A stretch of 64,000 nt of DNA from Sedimentisphaerales bacterium (GCA_050014075.1 JBEKEA010000007.1:4119-68118); one strand, 5' to 3'. Positions 22,578-32,013 are shown, numbered from the stretch's first letter. The notes: generated by a model from the letters alone, not told the origin. Made by a program: numbers and translations.

Positions 22578-23390
22578 TTAATGTTCCGATGATACTGCAA
22601 AACTTATATAAAGAGTCGACAAAAACGCAAATATGTACGCCTGTATAAACGCCACAAGCAATTCCAGAAGTGACAGCGCTACTATGCTGAATATCGATAT
22701 GCCTGCTACGAAATAGCTTTTAAAAACCATTATCAAGCCGATTAAAATAGCCAGCAGAATATGTCCCGCTATTATATTCGCAAAAAGACGTATTGCCAGC
22801 GTAAAAGGCCTTACGAACATGGTTACCACTTCAAGAAAATATATCATCGGCATAATCCACCATGGAACCTTCGGCGCAAGGTTTACCAAATAATGCCAAA
22901 GTCCCTGCCTTCTGACACCGGATATATGAGTCATAAAAAACGCCACTACCGCCATCGCACCGGTAATATAGATGTCCGCAGTAGCAGGTCCGCCGAATCG
23001 ATTCACTTTTCCAGTTAGCAAATATATAATTTTTTCGCTCGGTACCATGCCAAGCAGATTAAGGGTCAGTACGAAAAAAAACATAGACCAGATAAACCCT
23101 ATATATTTGTCAGTTTGGTCTCTCAGAAGCGGCCTGGCCATCTCTTCACGCAGAAACATGCACACTGACTCCACCAGGTTGCCTATTCCTCTGGGAATCA
23201 TGCTTTTGGATTTTACAGCAATGGGTATGACTATCATTAAAAATAACATGGCGACGGAAACCATAAACATGTGATTGCTTATAATTACCTGCCATGACCC
23301 GACGGAAAATGTATACACAGGCGCCGGCCCTACCGGCTCGAGCGGATTGAACTCTGCCAAAATCGCAGCGTATAATTGCCCTGATAACAA
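22578..23390 (-). CDS. atpB: Fo ATP synthase a subunit
   Basis: 270 aa, polytopic, with the conserved Arg motif LAIRLFANIIAGH. Confidence 0.9.
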   Translation of the reverse strand: MLSGQLYAAILAEFNPLEPVGPAPVYTFSVGSWQVIISNHMFMVSVAMLFLMIVIPIAVKSKSMIPRGIGNLVESVCMFLREEMARPLLRDQTDKYIGFIWSMFFFVLTLNLLGMVPSEKIIYLLTGKVNRFGGPATADIYITGAMAVVAFFMTHISGVRRQGLWHYLVNLAPKVPWWIMPMIYFLEVVTMFVRPFTLAIRLFANIIAGHILLAILIGLIMVFKSYFVAGISIFSIVALSLLELLVAFIQAYIFAFLSTLYISFAVSSEH

Positions 23391-23531
23391 AACTTTTTAA
23401 CCTCCTGTTTCAGCTTTAGTTATCGTTATTTTCCGGCGTTTCTTAAAACAATTATTTTAACAATTCCTATAAAATAAGCAATGCCGTATTAAAAGAAGAT
23501 TATAGCATACTTTTGCCCTGTTTCCGATGCA

Positions 23532-24251
23532 TTAGGAGTGGTTTTTATCTTTTTTCTCCTGTGCCGTATTGTAGTTCTGCTCTATATATTTGAAACTTTC
23601 CGGCGATACTACACCGCCGGAGATTATCATTTTGAATCCTTCCTCGATGCTTATATCGGTATGGGCCGCCTCTTCAACAGGAACAAGCTCAAAAAATCCT
23701 GTTGTCGGGTTCGGCGATGTAGGTATAAATATTTTACAGTACTTTTTCCCTTCAGAATCGGTAATAAATCCGGTCAAAAACCCGATTGCCTTCAATCCCG
23801 GTCTTGGGAACTCCACTAAGACAACCGATTTAAACATCGTTCGGTCCGGCATCGCCATCGATTTGATAACCTGTTTGCTCGAACTGTATATCGTTCGAAC
23901 AATTGGTATATTCAAAAACACTTTTTCGCCCAGCGTTATTAGCCGTTTGCCCACAACAAACCGCCCGATTACGCCTACAACATACAGCAGTAAAACAAGC
24001 AATATTACTGAAAGCGTCGTTACGGAAATGCGTAAATAAACATCAGGAATCGGAGTGGTAATTAGTAATTCCGCCAGCCGCGGCAGAACTCTGCCGACAA
24101 TCGGCTGCAAGACACCGGCCATAAGATTAAAAAGCCATTGAATAATCAGCAGGCTTATTATAAACGGCACCGCAATAAAAACTCCTGAAATGAGGTTCTT
24201 GCGGATGTTGGTTAATATTTTCCCTCGCGGCTTTTTTATGTTTTCTGTCAT
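23532..24251 (-). CDS. DUF502 (COG2928) membrane protein
   Basis: TM helices plus NIPIVRTIYSSSKQV, which matches the conserved DUF502 P-x-V-R-x-I-Y-x-x-x-K-Q block. Confidence 0.6.
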   Translation of the reverse strand: MTENIKKPRGKILTNIRKNLISGVFIAVPFIISLLIIQWLFNLMAGVLQPIVGRVLPRLAELLITTPIPDVYLRISVTTLSVILLVLLLYVVGVIGRFVVGKRLITLGEKVFLNIPIVRTIYSSSKQVIKSMAMPDRTMFKSVVLVEFPRPGLKAIGFLTGFITDSEGKKYCKIFIPTSPNPTTGFFELVPVEEAAHTDISIEEGFKMIISGGVVSPESFKYIEQNYNTAQEKKDKNHS

Positions 24252-24364
24252 ATTTTAGATGAGTTTTACGCAATTTCCCGGCAGTTGTCAAACTTAAAAC
24301 CGCCGGGATTAAGCGCATATTCCCCATCCCCCCATTTTTCAAAAGTCTCAATTGCCGCGATACT

Positions 24365-26887
24365 TTACTTAGTTTCGGCTTCGGATAACGTCTCGCGTTT
24401 CGACTGCCAGATCGCCCAGATAAGTCCCGCAAGGCCGATTAATACCACTGCGAAGAACATAAGGTCATGGCCTTTCGGATTTACCACTACGCCATGCTGT
24501 GCCAATATCGCAATAACTTTTTTATCGTATGGCAGAATCAATCCGATAATCAACAAGCTCACCATATTCATCACTTTGAGCATCGGATTTATCGCAGGAC
24601 CTGCAGTATCTTTCAGCGGGTCGCCAACCGTATCGCCGGTAACGCTGGCTTTATGCCGTTCACTGCCTTTGCCGGTATTGTTTTCTTTATGGCTTGGCTC
24701 ATCTTCAACAATCTTCTTGGCGTTGTCCCATGCACCACCGGCGTTTGCCATAAACACAGCAAGCAACTGCCCCGAAACAATCATACCGCCAAGGAATCCG
24801 GCCAATGCGATAACGCCCATTCCGAATCCGACCAGCATCGGCACTAAAATCGCCAATAGTCCCGGCCCGACCAGTTCCTTCTGTGCTGCCAGAGTGCAGA
24901 TATCAACCACGCGGCCGTAATCAGGTTTCTTTGTGCCCGCCCATATTTCTTTATCATGGAACTGAATTCTGCATTCCTTAACAATCAAAAATGCTGCGCG
25001 TCCTACTGCACGGATAGTCATCGAACTGAACAGGAACGGCACCGCTCCGCCAAGCAGCATTCCGATAAATAGAGTCGGGTCGGAAATGGTCAGCATTGAA
25101 GCGACAGTAGCGTATATTTCGCTGGAAATGCCCGCCGTCTCGCCTTGGCCGCCCGAGCCGACCGAAACGATATAACTATTGAACAAGGACACCGCTGCGA
25201 TAACCGCAGAACCGATTGCGATGCCCTTTGTGATTGCTTTGGTCGTATTGCCGACAGCGTCCAAATCGGCCAGAATCTGGCGGGCTTCTTTATATTTTGC
25301 CTCGCCCATTTCTTTCTTATCATATCCCATTTCACCGATACCGTTAGCATTGTCGGCAACCGGTCCGAACACATCCATTGAAATAGTATTGCCCGTCAGA
25401 GTCAGCATACCGATACCGCACATCGCAACGCCGTATGCGATAAACGTCGGGTTTGTGTTCTGGTAAATAATTACGCTGCCCATAATCGCACTGCCGATAA
25501 TCAGCACTGCAAATACCGTGCTTTCATATCCGACTGCAAGTCCCTGAATAATATTCGTAGCGTGGCCTGTCTGGCACGCCTTGACCAGACTTTTCACCGG
25601 ACCATATTCTGTGCCGGTAAAATATTCCGTGCACTTATTCAACGCGACCGCCAGAATAATTCCTATCAGGCACGTCCACGCCGGCCTCATATCCAAACCT
25701 TCTTGCCCCAGGTTTGCCCAGTATGGCAGATTTGTAATATAAGGTTTAATTCCTGCGTAGTTCGGATAACTTGGCGTGAACCTGAAATACATAAATCCAA
25801 GAACCAAAAAGCCTGCTATACTGATAATCGAACCGATAATAAAGCCTCTGTTAACGCTTTTCATCGCACCAGCCACACTGCCCTTATCACCCGCCCGAAC
25901 GCTGTATGTGCTGATGATACTTGCGATAACGCCGATGGCACGAACAAGCAGCGGGAAGATAACGCCTTTATGCCCGAAGCTTGCGATACCCAAAATCATT
26001 GCCGCCACGATTGTTACTTCGTAGCTTTCAAAAATATCCGCCGCCATACCTGCACAGTCGCCGACATTATCGCCGACGTTATCTGCGATTGTCGCCGGGT
26101 TGCGCGGGTCGTCTTCCGGAATGCCCGCCTCGACTTTACCTACAAGGTCGGCACCTACGTCAGCCGCTTTGGTATAGATACCGCCGCCGACTCGCATAAA
26201 CAACGCCAGCAGCGTACCGCCGAATCCGAAGCCCAGCAACGCCTCATAAGCATGCTCGCCATATATAAGGAATATGATTGAACCGCCCAGCAGTCCCAGT
26301 CCGTCAGTCAGCATACCGGTTATTGTTCCGGTTCGATAACCTAACTGAAGTGCCCTGCCGAAACTTGTCTTTGCCGCCGTCGCGACTCGAAGATTACCTA
26401 TCGTCGCCAATCTCATTCCGACAAATCCTACCGTCGCCGAGAATATCGAGCCGACAAGAAATGCTATCGCCCTGCCCCACGATATCTTTGCCGGCGAACC
26501 GGAGGCATTGGCCGCGAAATATAATACTACCGTAATAATTGCTATTAATATGCCTACAACTCTGAACTGTCTGTAAAGATACGCGTTAGCTCCTTCACGA
26601 ATAGCCGCCGCTATCTCCTGCATCTTCCTGGTGCCCTGGTCGGCCTCTTTGACCTGCTTGACCAGCAGCAAAGCGTAAAACAATCCCGCAAGTCCAATGA
26701 ATACGTTGGAGATTAGCGCAACCCTTTCATACAGCGTATACTGGCTGGCGAATAGCGGCTCAAAAAGGTTTATTGTCGGCCTTTCGCCCACAGCAGATGT
26801 CTCCGCCGCTTTACAATTAGCCACAAACAGCCATAACATTGACACTGATACAATCAGTAGTAACGCGATTAATACATTCCGTTTCAT
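24365..26887 (-). CDS. hppA: Membrane-integral pyrophosphatase (H+-PPase), K+-independent signature
   Basis: Motifs GGAWDNAKK, GDTVGDPLKDTAGPAINP and GNTTKAITKG (Lys at the K+-dependence determinant). 840 aa. Confidence 0.93.
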   Translation of the reverse strand: MKRNVLIALLLIVSVSMLWLFVANCKAAETSAVGERPTINLFEPLFASQYTLYERVALISNVFIGLAGLFYALLLVKQVKEADQGTRKMQEIAAAIREGANAYLYRQFRVVGILIAIITVVLYFAANASGSPAKISWGRAIAFLVGSIFSATVGFVGMRLATIGNLRVATAAKTSFGRALQLGYRTGTITGMLTDGLGLLGGSIIFLIYGEHAYEALLGFGFGGTLLALFMRVGGGIYTKAADVGADLVGKVEAGIPEDDPRNPATIADNVGDNVGDCAGMAADIFESYEVTIVAAMILGIASFGHKGVIFPLLVRAIGVIASIISTYSVRAGDKGSVAGAMKSVNRGFIIGSIISIAGFLVLGFMYFRFTPSYPNYAGIKPYITNLPYWANLGQEGLDMRPAWTCLIGIILAVALNKCTEYFTGTEYGPVKSLVKACQTGHATNIIQGLAVGYESTVFAVLIIGSAIMGSVIIYQNTNPTFIAYGVAMCGIGMLTLTGNTISMDVFGPVADNANGIGEMGYDKKEMGEAKYKEARQILADLDAVGNTTKAITKGIAIGSAVIAAVSLFNSYIVSVGSGGQGETAGISSEIYATVASMLTISDPTLFIGMLLGGAVPFLFSSMTIRAVGRAAFLIVKECRIQFHDKEIWAGTKKPDYGRVVDICTLAAQKELVGPGLLAILVPMLVGFGMGVIALAGFLGGMIVSGQLLAVFMANAGGAWDNAKKIVEDEPSHKENNTGKGSERHKASVTGDTVGDPLKDTAGPAINPMLKVMNMVSLLIIGLILPYDKKVIAILAQHGVVVNPKGHDLMFFAVVLIGLAGLIWAIWQSKRETLSEAETK

Positions 26888-27149
26888 GATTTAATTTTCT
26901 CCAAAATAATTATTATAATTTCCTATAACTTGTTTATCGGCATATACTTTTACGCCGGAGTAGTTTTTCTTCCTTAACACCGGATTGCTGCGGAACTTTC
27001 CCCAAAGATTGGCCTTTACGCAAGGATTTCCAACAGAGTGAAAAGTGAAATTGCATGATTTTATAGACCCCACAAGCCTTTTTCAAGTCTTTATTTTAAA
27101 AAAATCGCTATTTTTACACCTCTTTCCCCGTCCTTTGGCGTTGTTTAGC

Positions 27150-27371
27150 CGTCGCCGGCACGGCGACGTTATTTTTCTGATATCTCAAATTTTAAATCCG
27201 TTTTCTCCCCGTACAGACGCATGGCAATGCGTCTCTCTTCCCGCCTGCCCTGCCTGTCGCGTCGAAGTTTACCCGCCTCCGGCGGGTCTTGGCGAAGACG
27301 GATACCGGCGGGTTTTTCTTCAACTTTTGAACCCCCGCGCTTAGTTTTGCACGTCGCAAAACTGTGGGGGT
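27150..27371. repeat. Cluster of perfect GC-rich palindromic hairpins (REP-like) upstream of the MTase module
   Basis: 27150..27168 is cgtcgccg-gca-cggcgacg. 27215..27234 is agacgcat-ggca-atgcgtct. 27271..27287 is acccgcc-tcc-ggcgggt. 27331..27371 is nested: accccc...ttttgc-acgtc-gcaaaa...gggggt. Confidence 0.8.
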
Positions 27372-27392
27372 AATTTCTTTGAAAAAAGGTTA

Positions 27393-27420
27393 TTGATTCT
27401 GGGTTTGGAATGGCTATAAT
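27393..27420 (+). promoter_or_regulatory. Candidate sigma70-type promoter for the MTase module
   Basis: TTGATT (27393..27398), 16 nt, then TATAAT (27415..27420). A GAGGAG Shine-Dalgarno at 27507..27512 lies 8 nt before ATG 27521. Confidence 0.4.
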
Positions 27421-27520
27421 TAGAGGTTTAATTGGCAGGAGGATGGATAATCCTCGAAAGTGCGGAAGGGACATAAAATGAAGCGATTTGCAAATCTTAT
27501 TACCGTGAGGAGTTTGTGTG

Positions 27521-28180
27521 ATGGATACTGATACTGGTAATAATAAATCTTATTCGGGGCTTTTTTCATCTAAAGAATATGTTAACTTTTATAGTGGTAA
27601 GTCGCCAGAATTGCACCTAGATAAAATTGATGCAAATTTTCATACAGTTTTAGACATAGGATGTGGTCTGGGTAGAACGATTAGGCCGTTTCTTAAACGT
27701 AATTGTGAAATTGTGGGCATCGAAAATGATGACTATGCGATTAATTTTTTAAAGTCAGATCAGGCATTTAAAAATGTCAAACTAATTCAGGGTCGTTTTG
27801 ATTCGTCATTAGTTAGTGAAAGAAAGTTTGATATTATTGTTGCGTATAATTCCATCTACCATTGTAAATGCAACGAAATGTTTGAGACAATTGACCAATT
27901 AAAAAACCTCCTAAATGAAGGTGGACATTTATTGTTAACGGTAAAGAGCACCGAAGGAAATAATCCGGCCATAGGTGGAGGCGAAGAAATAGAAACCAAT
28001 ACTTGGGTTAAAGTTAATATGCCGGATGGTAATATACCTCATCACTTTTGTGATGAAACAGATAGAGAAAAAATAATAAAATCTTTTGCTAAATTAATTT
28101 ATTCAGAGGAGATTAAACTAACATGGGACAATTTCATCATTGTTCAAGCGAAAGGCTACTATTATATACTGGAAAAATAA
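27521..28180 (+). CDS. Class I SAM-dependent methyltransferase (small-molecule/protein type; no DNA-MTase motif)
   Basis: Motif I VLDIGCGLGRT, acidic loop IVGIEND, post-I/II blocks. There is no (D/N/S)PP(Y/F) motif. ATG 27521 is preferred over the track GTG at 27518. Confidence 0.75.
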   Translation: MDTDTGNNKSYSGLFSSKEYVNFYSGKSPELHLDKIDANFHTVLDIGCGLGRTIRPFLKRNCEIVGIENDDYAINFLKSDQAFKNVKLIQGRFDSSLVSERKFDIIVAYNSIYHCKCNEMFETIDQLKNLLNEGGHLLLTVKSTEGNNPAIGGGEEIETNTWVKVNMPDGNIPHHFCDETDREKIIKSFAKLIYSEEIKLTWDNFIIVQAKGYYYILEK

Positions 28181-28196
28181 GACATATTGAGATCAA

Positions 28197-29957
28197 ATGC
28201 CAGAAAATACTATAAAAAATGAAACACAAATACCTACGGGTGGTAAGCCGCGACGCCCAAGCATTTATATATGGCTCATATTTATTCTTATCAGCCTATT
28301 AGGTTTTGGGCCTCTTGTATGGCTTTGGATACATACATTTCTTACCAAAACATCTTATAGCTATATTTCGTTTGCTTTACTATCCGTATTTTTATTAATA
28401 ATTTTTGTAGCTTTTTTCGTAACTTATTACAAATCTTATCACCTTGTACCGGAACATTCCCAAACGCATGATTACGTCCAAATACTAATTCTTGCGATCG
28501 CAATTTTCTCTTTCTACGCTTTTGGTTGGCCAAAAGAGATAGAGATTGGAGAGTTGAGAAACGCATTCTCTGAATTGTGTGTCATACTAACTCTTTTTTT
28601 GCTATCTGAATTGGCCGCTTTTTTGACTGTCACGAGCGGGCAAATACAAAGGGGCATAGCAAGTACTGGAGAAACTATTACAGGCCAAATAAAAGCTGGA
28701 TCGGATTTGGTTAATAATACTTTTAACCATATGACCAGTCAAATTCACACTGATATCGAAAGTATGGTTAACAAGATCAAACCTGAAAAAGTAATAGAAG
28801 CAGTAAATCGATTTCAGACGTACTCTAATATTGAGGAATCTCTTCATGGCTTAAATGAATCGACTAGAGAAATTGTTATTGCGGATATGGTTATTTACAC
28901 TCAAAGATGGAAAGAATTTTTAAAACAACAAAGCGAGAATTCAGAAGCTTTTAAGGCCTCGTTAGCGATATTTCGGAACTATATAAGAACGGAAAGTTCT
29001 AATTTAGCAAAATCAACTAGTGCTGGTGGGAAGGCAAAATATATTTCGCTATCTACCAGTCAAGACTTTTACCTTTCTTTACTTACCGAGGTATTATATA
29101 CATTAGGTTCAAATCAAGCAGATAAATTTGTATGGGCAATTTCTGATAGCTTACCAACTCGTTGGTATAGTTGGGGGGAGAAATATGGTCGGCCAGGAGC
29201 ACTTGGAGTAATGGAGGGTTTTACTAAAAAAGTTGCTAGCTTGGTGAATGATGGCATTGAATATCATAGAACTTTCTTAGTAAAAGATCCTGCTAGCAGT
29301 ACTCAAGACATAAAGGGTTTGAACTTAGAGGATGGCAAGTCAGCACTTCAGGCATCAACTTCAGTTCTTATGTTGGTGGGAGAAACAACTGATAATGAGA
29401 CTGTTGACAAAAGTCTTCCGGTTAGTCACTGGAGAAAGATTTTTGCAAATCAAAACTACATGAAAGAACTAGGGCCGAATGAAAAGGCTTATGGAATTAT
29501 TGAATCAGAGGAATACAATCAGTTGCATGACAAAGGAAAATTAAGCGAACTAAATAACAGAAAAAATGTGCCTGTTGGATATAAATATTTATGTGTTAGA
29601 CCTGTAAAATTGCTTGAATATTTTGAGAAGAAATATCAATCAGCTAATGGCATGACATTTCTTCCTATATCCAATAGTTTAGAACTTGAGTTGCCACTTT
29701 GTAATACTGATTGGCTTATTCTTGGAACAAAGCTTAATAACGATTACACGCCGATAGTGGCAGTCTCAGCATTAACAACACTGAGTTCTGAAACATTAAG
29801 AGTGGAGATTTTTACAGCACCTGAGCACCTCGAAAGTATAAAAAAGTTTTGGGAACAGACCGCCTCTAAAAGAATGGACCGGGAAACTTTTTTGTCTATG
29901 GTACGACAAAGTACCGATAAAGAAAAACAAAACATAAAGGATAACCAAAGTGAATAA
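28197..29957 (+). CDS. Hypothetical 586-aa protein: 4 N-terminal TM helices, a helical linker and a ~330-aa C-terminal domain of unknown function
   Basis: Long ORF in an AT-rich segment, 17 nt after the MTase stop. Hydrophobic helices lie at about aa 22-45, 53-77, 90-108 and 118-145. I recognise no catalytic or NTPase motif. Confidence 0.7.
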   Translation: MPENTIKNETQIPTGGKPRRPSIYIWLIFILISLLGFGPLVWLWIHTFLTKTSYSYISFALLSVFLLIIFVAFFVTYYKSYHLVPEHSQTHDYVQILILAIAIFSFYAFGWPKEIEIGELRNAFSELCVILTLFLLSELAAFLTVTSGQIQRGIASTGETITGQIKAGSDLVNNTFNHMTSQIHTDIESMVNKIKPEKVIEAVNRFQTYSNIEESLHGLNESTREIVIADMVIYTQRWKEFLKQQSENSEAFKASLAIFRNYIRTESSNLAKSTSAGGKAKYISLSTSQDFYLSLLTEVLYTLGSNQADKFVWAISDSLPTRWYSWGEKYGRPGALGVMEGFTKKVASLVNDGIEYHRTFLVKDPASSTQDIKGLNLEDGKSALQASTSVLMLVGETTDNETVDKSLPVSHWRKIFANQNYMKELGPNEKAYGIIESEEYNQLHDKGKLSELNNRKNVPVGYKYLCVRPVKLLEYFEKKYQSANGMTFLPISNSLELELPLCNTDWLILGTKLNNDYTPIVAVSALTTLSSETLRVEIFTAPEHLESIKKFWEQTASKRMDRETFLSMVRQSTDKEKQNIKDNQSE

Positions 29958-31095
29958 GAAAATAATGAGTATAAGTATTATTATCTTAGTTATCGTCATT
30001 GTTCTATTATATTTTATCAGTTCATCGGAGCGAAAAAAATCTGGAACGATTAACATTGGTTTGATGTTACCTTTGACAGGCAGTGTAGCACAATGGGGAA
30101 CACCTTCTCAAGATGCAGCACGTCTAGCCGTGGAACAGATAAATATGGAAATGGGAGGAGTAAAAGGGAGAACAGTGAAATTGAAATTAGTCATTGAAGA
30201 CGACCAATGTGATCCGGCCATCGGTGTAAGTGCCATACATAAATTTCTGAGTACTGATAAGCCAATAGCCATTATTGGTTCTATTTGTTCCTCAGTTGTT
30301 TTGGCTGTTGCCCCGATTTTAGAAAAAAATGAGGTCGTTCTTATTAGTCCTGGCGCAACCAATCCCGCCATTTCGGATGCAGGCGATTATATATTTCGGG
30401 TGATTCCGCCTGACGATCTAAGAGGGCGAATCTTTGCGGAGTATGTGTATTCAATTGGTCACAGAATTGTTTCCGCATTATACATCAATAATGATTCTGG
30501 CGTTGGAAACAAGAATGCTTTCGCAAAGAGATTTGAAGAACTTGGTGGGAAAATTGTTTCAGAAGAGACTTACTCGCAAGACAGCACGGATATGCGATCC
30601 CAGATAACCAAAATCAAAGCGGCAAAACCAGATGGAGTGTTAGTTGTGTCCTATCCTACAGATACACCTTTGATTATGCGGCAATGTGAAGAATTAGAAC
30701 TTAATCTGCCTCTCTTTTTCCAAACAGAAGCGTTAGATGATCCAGCGGTGATTAAACCAGCCGGTGAAGCGGCGGAGGGAGCCACATATATTTTATCTGC
30801 TACGCCTACTGGTTCAACTGCTGATGCTTTTCGTAAAGCATTTGAAGAAAAATATGGGAGAGCACCAGAGACATACGCCGCAGAGACATTTGATGCGGTA
30901 AAAATTATAGCCAAAATTATTGAGGAATCAGACACGGTATCCTCGCGGGCATTAAAAGATGGTTTGTATAAGATTGTTAATTACAATGGAGCTTCTGGTA
31001 TAATTTCTTTTAATGCTAAAGGGGATGTAAGCAAACCGATGGCAATAAAACAGATTAAGAATGGAAGATCTGTTGTCATAAAAACGTCTGATTAG
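29950..31095 (+). CDS. ABC transporter substrate-binding protein, LivK/branched-chain amino acid type, N-terminal membrane anchor
   Basis: The IGLMLPLTGSVAQWG start of a type I periplasmic binding fold, followed by livHMGF. The start is uncertain (GTG 29950 overlapping the upstream stop, or ATG 29965). Confidence 0.8.
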   Translation: MNKKIMSISIIILVIVIVLLYFISSSERKKSGTINIGLMLPLTGSVAQWGTPSQDAARLAVEQINMEMGGVKGRTVKLKLVIEDDQCDPAIGVSAIHKFLSTDKPIAIIGSICSSVVLAVAPILEKNEVVLISPGATNPAISDAGDYIFRVIPPDDLRGRIFAEYVYSIGHRIVSALYINNDSGVGNKNAFAKRFEELGGKIVSEETYSQDSTDMRSQITKIKAAKPDGVLVVSYPTDTPLIMRQCEELELNLPLFFQTEALDDPAVIKPAGEAAEGATYILSATPTGSTADAFRKAFEEKYGRAPETYAAETFDAVKIIAKIIEESDTVSSRALKDGLYKIVNYNGASGIISFNAKGDVSKPMAIKQIKNGRSVVIKTSD

Positions 31096-31127
31096 TATTG
31101 TTTTAGTTTTTCTACCTAGGCTCCGCT

Positions 31128-32003
31128 ATGGTTGTTCAACTTCTAATTAATGGAATAATTGCCGGTGGCATTTATATTCTAATTGCTCTCGGTTTCACCA
31201 TTATTTATCGAACGGTTAAATTTTTTCATTTTGCACATGGGATGGTTTATGCTATTGGTGCTTATGTAGCGTACACATTCGCCATTTCACTTGGAATTAA
31301 TATCGCCATTTCTTTTTTCTTAGCAATAATTGTATCCGCGATAGCGGGGGTTTTGATTGACCGGCTTGTTTATAAGCCGCTGCGTAAGCATAAAGCACCG
31401 AATTTAGTCTTTCTTATCGCATCTTTTGGGGTGTTTATATTTATTCAAAATCTTTTGCAGTTAATATATAGCGCTCAAATTCTTACTATACGAACCGGAC
31501 CGGTAAAAGAAGGCCGTCATTTCTTAGGGGCGGTAATCACAGATATACAAATAATGATTTTGATTGTCTCTGTGTGCCTCTGTGTGGCTCTGTGGCTATT
31601 CATTCAAAAGACTAAATTAGGCAAAGCAATGCGTGCTGTCGCTGATGACCCAATGGCTGCCAGTATCGTCGGTATTAATCCGGAGAATATTATTCTTGCG
31701 GCATTTGCTATCGGCTCGGCTCTGGCCGGGGCTGCAGGAATCCTTATTTCGCTTGAAACAAATATCGAGCCGACAATGGGAATGAACGCAATACTTAAAG
31801 GAATCATCGCATCCATCATCGGCGGAATCGGCAGTATCCCTGGTGCAATGTTAGGTGGACTCTTCCTCGGCCTTGCAGAAAATCTTGGAATATGGAAAAT
31901 ATCCGCCGGCTGGAAGGATTGTATCGCCTTTGTGATTTTGATTGTATTTTTATTGCTTCGTCCCGGCGGAATTATGAACGTGAAAACTAACAACAAACTT
32001 TAG
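31128..32003 (+). CDS. livH: Branched-chain amino acid ABC transporter permease
   Basis: 291 aa, polytopic, LivH-like (MRAVADDPMAASIVGIN block). Confidence 0.85.
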   Translation: MVVQLLINGIIAGGIYILIALGFTIIYRTVKFFHFAHGMVYAIGAYVAYTFAISLGINIAISFFLAIIVSAIAGVLIDRLVYKPLRKHKAPNLVFLIASFGVFIFIQNLLQLIYSAQILTIRTGPVKEGRHFLGAVITDIQIMILIVSVCLCVALWLFIQKTKLGKAMRAVADDPMAASIVGINPENIILAAFAIGSALAGAAGILISLETNIEPTMGMNAILKGIIASIIGGIGSIPGAMLGGLFLGLAENLGIWKISAGWKDCIAFVILIVFLLLRPGGIMNVKTNNKL

Positions 32004-32013
32004 ACTATAAAAA

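Noticed and set aside
24285-26281. Long plus-strand ORFs 24285..24920 (211 aa) and 25562..26281 (239 aa), plus others antisense to hppA
   Set aside because: They are antisense to a motif-rich, unambiguous H+-PPase gene. Their products are low-complexity Pro/Arg/Ser/Thr/Ala-rich, as expected from the antisense of a GC-rich membrane-protein gene. The same reasoning applies to 6511..7110 (metK), 13261..13857 (murQ), 37558..38250 (cusA), 54175..54687 (gspF) and 61502..62128.
27045-27474. ORFs 27045..27344(+) and 27169..27474(-)
   Set aside because: They are mutually antisense, and their sequences (for example RRIAMRLYGEKTD) are read straight through the palindromic repeats. They are most likely repeat-derived artefacts.
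27478-27531. 17-codon upstream mini-ORF (MKRFANLITVRSLCDGY) overlapping the MTase start, as a leader peptide
   Set aside because: It has no RBS of its own, and there is no attenuator structure coupled to it. It contains the MTase Shine-Dalgarno, so it is probably coincidental.
27393-31095. Classical mobile genomic island or prophage fragment
   Set aside because: There is AT-rich composition and flanking repeats, but no integrase, transposase, tRNA attachment site or direct repeats bracketing the block. I therefore report it only as a compositionally distinct module.
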